A stretch of DNA of 64,000 nt, taken from an uncultured Chitinophaga sp. (GTDB lineage: Bacteria > Bacteroidota > Bacteroidia > 2-12-FULL-35-15). The DNA is taken from NCBI GenBank assembly GCA_964456225.1, contig CAYWAV010000005.1:5160-69159 (forward strand), given 5' to 3'. The translations under genes and the position numbers were made by a program. This document shows, piece by piece, positions 58,772 to 64,000 of the stretch (the first letter of the stretch is position 1; every line of letters begins with the position of its first letter). The notes under the pieces are model-generated. The model was given only the letters and a program-made list of their open reading frames with translations, did no database searches and was not told where the DNA came from.

Positions 58772-60187
58772 CTATGCTGTTGCTACTGCTTCTTTTTTAG
58801 GTTCTTTGTCTTTTATAATCTGAGCCAACATAGTTGCTTCGGTAACTTCTTTTCCATTCACATAGCCAATACCGCGCATGTTCACTAATCCTCTTCTAAT
58901 CGGACTTTCAAGTGTTAATTGAAAAACAATAGTATCACCAGGAATTACTTTTTGTTTGAATTTTACACCATCAATTTTCATGAAATAAGTGCTGTAATAT
59001 TCCGGATTTTGAACTTGCGATAAAGCAAATATTCCACCCACTTGCGCCATCGCTTCTATTTGCATAACGCCAGGAAAAACAGGGTTGTCAGGAAAGTGTC
59101 CTTGAAAGAAGGGTTCGTTTAATGTTACGTTTTTTACTCCAACAATGCTACTTGCATCCATTTCTAATATCTTATCCACCATTAAAAAAGGATAACGGTG
59201 TGGTAACATTTTTGAAATGTCATTTATGTCGTAAAGTGGTTTTTTACTCAAATCGAAATATTTTTCTTTCTTCTTCGATTTAATAAGTTCTTTTATTTTT
59301 TTAGCAAAAGCAATGTTGCCTGCATGTCCCGGACGACCAGCTAAAATGTGCATTTTCAAAGGAACTCCAACCAATGCTAAATCTCCGATGATGTCTAATA
59401 ATTTATGTCGAGCAGGCTCGTTGAAAAAATGAAGAGTGGTATTATTTAAAACACCTTTGCCTTTTACTTCAACATCTTCACGGTGAAATACTTTTTGAAG
59501 ATGAGCAATTTGTTCTTTCGAAACTTCTTTATCAACCAAAACAATTGCATTGTTCAAATCTCCGCCTTTAATTAAATCGTGAGCTAACAAAGCTTCCAAT
59601 TCATGCAAGAAAACGAATGTTCTGCAAGGAGCAATTTCGGTTTTGAATTCGCCAATATGATACATGGAAGCGTGTTGTGTTCCTAAAACTTCGGAGTTGT
59701 AATCCACCATTACCGTTACTCTGTTAGCATTTTGAGGAACAGCAAGCATTTCTACTTTTTTAATCGGGTCTTCGTATGTAAGTGTTTCTGTTAACTCAAA
59801 GTAAATACGTTCAGCATCTTGATCAACAGCACCAACTTCCTCTAAAACTTTTACAAATGGCATAGAACTTCCATCCATAATTGGCATTTCTGGACCATCC
59901 ATTTCCATCATCACATTGTCAATTTCCAAGCCTACCAAAGCTGCTAAAACATGCTCCGTAGTGTGAATTCGAGCTCCGTTTTGTTCTAAAGTGGTTCCAC
60001 GAGAAGTATCCACCACATTGTCTACATCTGCATTAATAATAGGATTGCCGGGTAAATCAACTCGTTGAAATTTATATCCGTGATTTTCGGGAGCAGGACG
60101 AAATGTTAAATTGGTTTGTTTCCCTGTATGTAAGCCAACACCTGAAATGGTGACAGCTGCTTTTATAGTTCTTTGCTTTACGCTCAT
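58772..60187 (-). CDS. lpxC/fabZ: Bifunctional UDP-3-O-acyl-GlcNAc deacetylase / 3-hydroxyacyl-ACP dehydratase
   Basis: N-terminal LpxC (ISGVGLHTG..HTTEHV) and C-terminal FabZ hot-dog domain (HRYPFLMVDKI..FFQGHFP). This fusion is typical of Bacteroidetes. Confidence 0.9.
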   Translation of the reverse strand: MSVKQRTIKAAVTISGVGLHTGKQTNLTFRPAPENHGYKFQRVDLPGNPIINADVDNVVDTSRGTTLEQNGARIHTTEHVLAALVGLEIDNVMMEMDGPEMPIMDGSSMPFVKVLEEVGAVDQDAERIYFELTETLTYEDPIKKVEMLAVPQNANRVTVMVDYNSEVLGTQHASMYHIGEFKTEIAPCRTFVFLHELEALLAHDLIKGGDLNNAIVLVDKEVSKEQIAHLQKVFHREDVEVKGKGVLNNTTLHFFNEPARHKLLDIIGDLALVGVPLKMHILAGRPGHAGNIAFAKKIKELIKSKKKEKYFDLSKKPLYDINDISKMLPHRYPFLMVDKILEMDASSIVGVKNVTLNEPFFQGHFPDNPVFPGVMQIEAMAQVGGIFALSQVQNPEYYSTYFMKIDGVKFKQKVIPGDTIVFQLTLESPIRRGLVNMRGIGYVNGKEVTEATMLAQIIKDKEPKKEAVATA

Positions 60188-60360
60188 AATTTTAGTTCAA
60201 TTGTTCACTGGTGCATTAGTTTGTTGGTGGAGTTGCACTCAATATTATTCCAATAAGCTATTTTTAACTAGCTTCAAATGTAGCAAAATATTGCTAATTA
60301 TTATGCTGTGAATAGCTTTTTTTGAAGATAGCTTTTGCAAGGGAATATCTCAGTTCTAAT

Positions 60361-60490
60361 CGTCATCCCGTGCTATCCTTCGACTTCGCTGTGGACAGGC
60401 TCGGGATCTCATTGTTGTGGCACAATTCCTAACAAGGGGAATTCGCCCATTCGCTTCTCGACTCCGCTCGAAGTGACATGCTCAGGGTGG
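60361..60490. repeat. Composite intergenic repeat element (~130 bp)
   Basis: Shares CGTCATCCCGTGCTA with 55189-55200 and TTCTCGACTCCGCTCGAAGTGACATG with 57923-57948. Contains an internal hairpin AATTCC...GGAATT. Confidence 0.45.
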
Positions 60491-60528
60491 CAGCAAGGAA
60501 TGGCATTTTATGAAAGTGTTTTCGTTTA

Positions 60529-61758
60529 CTACTTGGGATAACAGAGGTAATGCTTCTTCACGGTCTTGGACAAAACATCAATACTCAACTGGTCAGATGC
60601 ATCTGCAATGTCGGATACACTTCCATCTTTAAATAAAATATTGATTCGGATTTTATCAGCACGATAGGCATCGTTGGTTACAATGCCTCCAAATACAAAA
60701 TAGTTGACTTCTTTATCATTCAACTGAAATCTCTTCTTAATGTCTTGCTTAATCAACTTTATTTTATCGTCCTTAAAAGCTTGATTTTGTAGTTCTACTT
60801 TAAATAGTTTGCGGTCTACCAATTGTTTGCAAAGGCTGGAAAGTACATTGTCGCTATGATTTACCCATACTTTTATAGAGGTCATGATGTCGTAATCATC
60901 TAATTGAGCAAATGTGTCAAGTAGTTTCGGACTCTTTTTAAAATCGGTTTCACTGTATTTATTATACAAAAATGTTTTTAATGCAGGAGTACAAAAGAGT
61001 TCAACTTTCTTTTCTGCTAATTCTTTTGCACGCTTCAAAATATTTACCAATAGGCTTTCTGCACTTAAAACGGTTTTATGCAAATACACTTGCCAATACA
61101 TTAATCTACGGGCAATGATAAATTTTTCAATCGAATAAATTCCTTTTGCTTCTATGGCTAATTGGTCGTTCACCACATTCAGCATTTTAATAATTCTGTC
61201 GGAACTCACTACACCTTCTGAAACTCCGGTGAAAAAACTATCGCGGTTCAGATAATCTAAACGATCCATATCCAACTGACTGGATACCAATTGATGCAAA
61301 AATTTCTTTTTGTATTTATTTTGAAAAATGTTGATTGCTAAAGTTAGTTTTCCATTGAACTCCTTGTTCAATCTGCTCATAAAGAGTTCAGAAATATCTT
61401 CATGTGTCACATTGTTTACGATGCTATGTTCCAAGGCATGAGAAAAAGGACCATGACCAATATCATGTAACAAAATAGCAATAGTAACTCCCGTTGCTTC
61501 TTCCTCTGTGATTTCATGGCCTTTTGAGCGAATTACATCAATGGCTTGACCCATTAAATGCATCGCACCCATCGCATGATGAAAGCGTGTATGCAATGCT
61601 CCTGGATAAACTAAGTTAGTTAATCCCAACTGCTTAATTCTTCTTAAGCGTTGAAAATAGGGGTGATCAATCAGATCGTAAATTATTTCATAGGGAAGAG
61701 ATACGAAACCATAAATAGGATCGTTAAAGATCTTCAACTTGTTTGAGAATGAGTTCAT
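60529..61758 (-). CDS. HD-domain phosphohydrolase (dGTP triphosphohydrolase-like)
   Basis: HTRFHHAMGAMHL and LLHDIGHGPFSH HD motifs. The ATG at 61758 (MNSFSNK) is preferred. Confidence 0.8.
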   Translation of the reverse strand: MNSFSNKLKIFNDPIYGFVSLPYEIIYDLIDHPYFQRLRRIKQLGLTNLVYPGALHTRFHHAMGAMHLMGQAIDVIRSKGHEITEEEATGVTIAILLHDIGHGPFSHALEHSIVNNVTHEDISELFMSRLNKEFNGKLTLAINIFQNKYKKKFLHQLVSSQLDMDRLDYLNRDSFFTGVSEGVVSSDRIIKMLNVVNDQLAIEAKGIYSIEKFIIARRLMYWQVYLHKTVLSAESLLVNILKRAKELAEKKVELFCTPALKTFLYNKYSETDFKKSPKLLDTFAQLDDYDIMTSIKVWVNHSDNVLSSLCKQLVDRKLFKVELQNQAFKDDKIKLIKQDIKKRFQLNDKEVNYFVFGGIVTNDAYRADKIRINILFKDGSVSDIADASDQLSIDVLSKTVKKHYLCYPK

Positions 61759-61800
61759 CTTTGCAAAGATAACACCTAAGAATATAAAACAGACCACTTA

Positions 61801-61840
61801 ATCCTCTCTTTTTTCAAGGAGAGGGAAGGGTGAGGTTTTA
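61801..61840. repeat. GC hairpin repeat (CCTCTC-N-GAGAGG + GAAGGGTGAGG), second copy of the 56510 element
   Basis: CCTCTCttttttcaagGAGAGGGAAGGGTGAGG in the divergent promoter region between the HD gene and porX. Confidence 0.4.
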
Positions 61841-61933
61841 CAAAAGGCTGTTTAATATTCTTAGTAGTGTTAATTTATCTTTTTTTAACAGGATAGGCAG
61901 ATTTAATTTTCTAACTTTATAAACTCAATTTAT

Positions 61934-63496
61934 ATGATATTTATGGAAAAAATTAGCGTTTTGTGGGCAGATGATGAAATTGATTTATTAAAACCACATA
62001 TTTTATTTTTAACGGACAAAGGATACGACATTACTACGGCTACTAGCGGTGATGAAGCCTTGGAGTTGATAGAAAAAAGTAATTTCTCAGTTGTTTTGCT
62101 GGATGAAAATATGCCCGGACTCTCCGGTTTAGAAACCTTAAATCGACTAAAATTAAAACGTTCCGACCTTCCTGTGATTATGATCACTAAAAGTGAAGAG
62201 GAGTATTTGATGGAAGATGCGATTGGTTCAAAAATTTCGGATTATCTGATTAAGCCTGTTAATCCGAATCAAATATTACTTTCTCTAAAAAAGACTTTAG
62301 ATAACAAACGTTTGATAAGTGAGAAAACGACTTCTAATTACCAACAGGAATTCCGTCAAATAGGAATGACAATGGGTGATAGATTGGATTGGCCGGCATG
62401 GGTAGAGGTTTATAAAAAATTAGTTTATTGGGAGCTGGAGCTGGATACCAGTAAGGATGAGAGCATGATTGGCATATTGAAGATGCAGAAAGAAGAAGCC
62501 AATAAGCTTTACGGAAAATTTATAGAAAACAATTACATCGGTTGGTTGAATGGTAAAACACCTAATCCACCTTTGTTCTCACATACAATTTTTAAAGCAA
62601 AGGTTGCTCCATTATTGGATAAACATGAAACAACTTTTGTGGTGTTGATTGATAATTTGCGTTACGATCAATGGAAAATGATTCAACCGATTGTTGCAGA
62701 ATATTTTAAAGTGGAGCAAGAAGATTTGTACAGTGCAATTTTGCCAACAGCCACACAATACGCTCGTAACGCCTTTTTTGCAGGATTAATGCCAAGTGAA
62801 ATTGAAAAACGTTTCCCTAAATTGTGGTTGAACGATGAGCAAGAAGGTGGAAAAAATATGCACGAAGAAGAATTGCTTGCTGAACAATTAAAGCGTTTGG
62901 GTAAAGATGTTAAGATGAGTTATAATAAAATTACCAATCATGCGGCAGGTAAACGCTTGTCGGAAAACATGGGTAATTTGATGCAGAACAAATTGAATGT
63001 GATTGTGTATAATTTTGTGGATATGCTTTCACATGCCCGTACAGAAATGGAAGTGATTCGTGAGTTGGCAGATGATGAAAAAGCTTACCGTTCTATTACT
63101 GTGTCATGGTTTGAGAATTCTCCTTTGCACGATATCATTAAACAAATTGCTGCAAAAAAATGTAAGTTGGTAATCACTACCGATCATGGAACAATTAAAG
63201 TTTCGGAGCCATCAAAAGTAGTTGGGGATAAAAATGTAAATACAAATTTGCGCTATAAACAAGGTAAGAGTTTGGATTATGTGAAGAAAGATGTGTTTGA
63301 AGTTAGAAATCCGGCTGATGCATTTTTACCAAAGCAACATGTGAGCAGCGCATTTGTATTTGTGAAAGAAGACAAGTTTTTTGCTTACCCGAATAACTTC
63401 AATCATTATGTTGGGTATTACCGAAACACCTTTCAGCATGGTGGTTTGAGCTTGGAGGAGATGATCATTCCTTTTATAACTCTATCAGCAAAATAG
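61934..63496 (+). CDS. porX: Response regulator with PglZ (alkaline-phosphatase-like) effector domain, T9SS regulator PorX type
   Basis: N-terminal CheY-like receiver (VLWADDE..D..MPGLSGLE..KP). The C-terminal ~350 aa PglZ-like domain and the ~520 aa length match PorX. Confidence 0.7.
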   Translation: MIFMEKISVLWADDEIDLLKPHILFLTDKGYDITTATSGDEALELIEKSNFSVVLLDENMPGLSGLETLNRLKLKRSDLPVIMITKSEEEYLMEDAIGSKISDYLIKPVNPNQILLSLKKTLDNKRLISEKTTSNYQQEFRQIGMTMGDRLDWPAWVEVYKKLVYWELELDTSKDESMIGILKMQKEEANKLYGKFIENNYIGWLNGKTPNPPLFSHTIFKAKVAPLLDKHETTFVVLIDNLRYDQWKMIQPIVAEYFKVEQEDLYSAILPTATQYARNAFFAGLMPSEIEKRFPKLWLNDEQEGGKNMHEEELLAEQLKRLGKDVKMSYNKITNHAAGKRLSENMGNLMQNKLNVIVYNFVDMLSHARTEMEVIRELADDEKAYRSITVSWFENSPLHDIIKQIAAKKCKLVITTDHGTIKVSEPSKVVGDKNVNTNLRYKQGKSLDYVKKDVFEVRNPADAFLPKQHVSSAFVFVKEDKFFAYPNNFNHYVGYYRNTFQHGGLSLEEMIIPFITLSAK

Positions 63497-63534
63497 GTTA
63501 CGGATAGCTAATCAAAACGAATTTGCGAATTTGT

Positions 63535-63894
63535 ATGAAATATTTAGTTTTTGTTTTTATTTGTGTTCTATTTTACAGCTGCGATCCGTATTATAAACTT
63601 CAGTATTGTGTAAAAAATCAAACGACTGATACAGTGTATGTAAAATATAAAAATTTTCCTGATAGTTTAAGAGTGATTTCTCCAGGTGCTTTGTGTGTAT
63701 TGCAAACAAAGTCGGGAGTTGGGTATGCCAAAGAGAAATACAAAAATCAGGAGTTTCAGAATTGGTTTGCTGAAAATTCTATTTTAGTAAAAAAGACAAA
63801 AGAAAATTCGATAAAAAAAGTTTCGGAAAGCAGTTGGAAGTATGAGGGAACAAGAGTTCATGGCGGCAATGCAGTGCTTTACGTAAAAAAATGA
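63535..63894 (+). CDS. Hypothetical lipoprotein
   Basis: MKYLVFVFICVLFYSC lipobox. Confidence 0.5.
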   Translation: MKYLVFVFICVLFYSCDPYYKLQYCVKNQTTDTVYVKYKNFPDSLRVISPGALCVLQTKSGVGYAKEKYKNQEFQNWFAENSILVKKTKENSIKKVSESSWKYEGTRVHGGNAVLYVKK

Positions 63895-64000
63895 TGGCTT
63901 CTTTTTTAACAATAAATAATCTTTCCGAATTGTCGGCTGTTGCCCAAAAGTTGATTAAGGCTTTTGACGATAAAAAAGTTATTGCTTTTTCAGGAGAAAT
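63891..64000 (+). CDS. tsaE: tRNA t6A biosynthesis protein TsaE, 5' fragment (continues past window)
   Basis: MMASFLTINNLSELSAVAQKLIKAFDDKKVIAFSGE matches the TsaE N-terminus up to the P-loop. Its start overlaps the upstream stop. Confidence 0.45.
   Translation, partial: MMASFLTINNLSELSAVAQKLIKAFDDKKVIAFSGE

Noticed and set aside
60111-60541. ORFs 60111..60311 and 60335..60541 between lpxC/fabZ and the HD gene
   Set aside because: They lie over the dispersed intergenic repeat element. Cys-rich low-complexity translations like these are typical of repeat read-through.
1-64000. tRNA, rRNA, tmRNA, RNase P and SRP RNA genes
   Set aside because: No GGTTCGAATCC-type T-arm motifs or other hallmark conserved segments were found in any intergenic region. 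All gaps are under 350 nt.
1-64000. Prophage, integron or transposon content
   Set aside because: No integrase, transposase, recombinase or phage structural genes were found. The small repeats lack coding capacity.

Overview
This 64 kb window reads as chromosomal DNA from a low-GC Bacteroidetes genome, probably Flavobacteriia or Sphingobacteriia. The evidence is the T9SS C-terminal sorting domains, a PorX-type response regulator, the fused lpxC/fabZ, AT-rich intergenic regions and the lack of Shine-Dalgarno sequences. It is densely coding, with about 56 CDS. I found no rRNA or tRNA genes, no CRISPR arrays, and no integrase or transposase genes.

Main blocks:
- 0-6 kb: a TPR protein, a short TonB-C protein, pbpC and a sterol-desaturase-family gene.
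- 6-10 kb: a probable operon of a small membrane peptide, a large tri-domain fusion (NPP/alkaline-phosphatase-like + TPR + sulfotransferase-like) and a T9SS-CTD cargo protein, followed by hup.
- 10.9-15 kb: a TPR-SpoIIE phosphatase, a GldN-like protein and pepT.
- 16-24 kb: two tandem ~920-aa M43 (pappalysin/ulilysin-type) metalloproteases carrying T9SS CTDs, then a TonB-dependent receptor with an 18-bp perfect palindrome in its promoter.
- 24-31 kb: rhomboid, ABC-F ATPase, ABM monooxygenase plus SAM hydroxide adenosyltransferase, phoH, purC.
- 31.6-36.5 kb: a second TPR-SpoIIE phosphatase, a CBM9/DUF5916 protein and a Rieske protein.
- 36.7-46.5 kb: a cluster of envelope proteins (OmpA/TSP3, MBL hydrolase, lipoproteins, a 912-aa anchored protein) and rnhB.
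- 46.5-53.9 kb: a polysaccharide locus (GT4, FkbM methyltransferase, Wzx, two Wzz-like, Wzy/O-antigen ligase).
- 53.8-61.8 kb: a GAF-SpoIIE phosphatase, the lipid A genes lpxD, lpxA and lpxC/fabZ interleaved with efp and a degenerate ABC ATPase, and an HD-domain dGTPase-like gene.
- 61.9-64 kb: porX, a lipoprotein and the 5' end of tsaE.

The least explained content is the 6-10 kb fusion operon, the TBDR/M43 block, three SpoIIE-type phosphatases, and two families of small dispersed hairpin-forming repeats concentrated in the 55-62 kb intergenic regions. All calls rest on motif recognition by eye; I ran no database searches.
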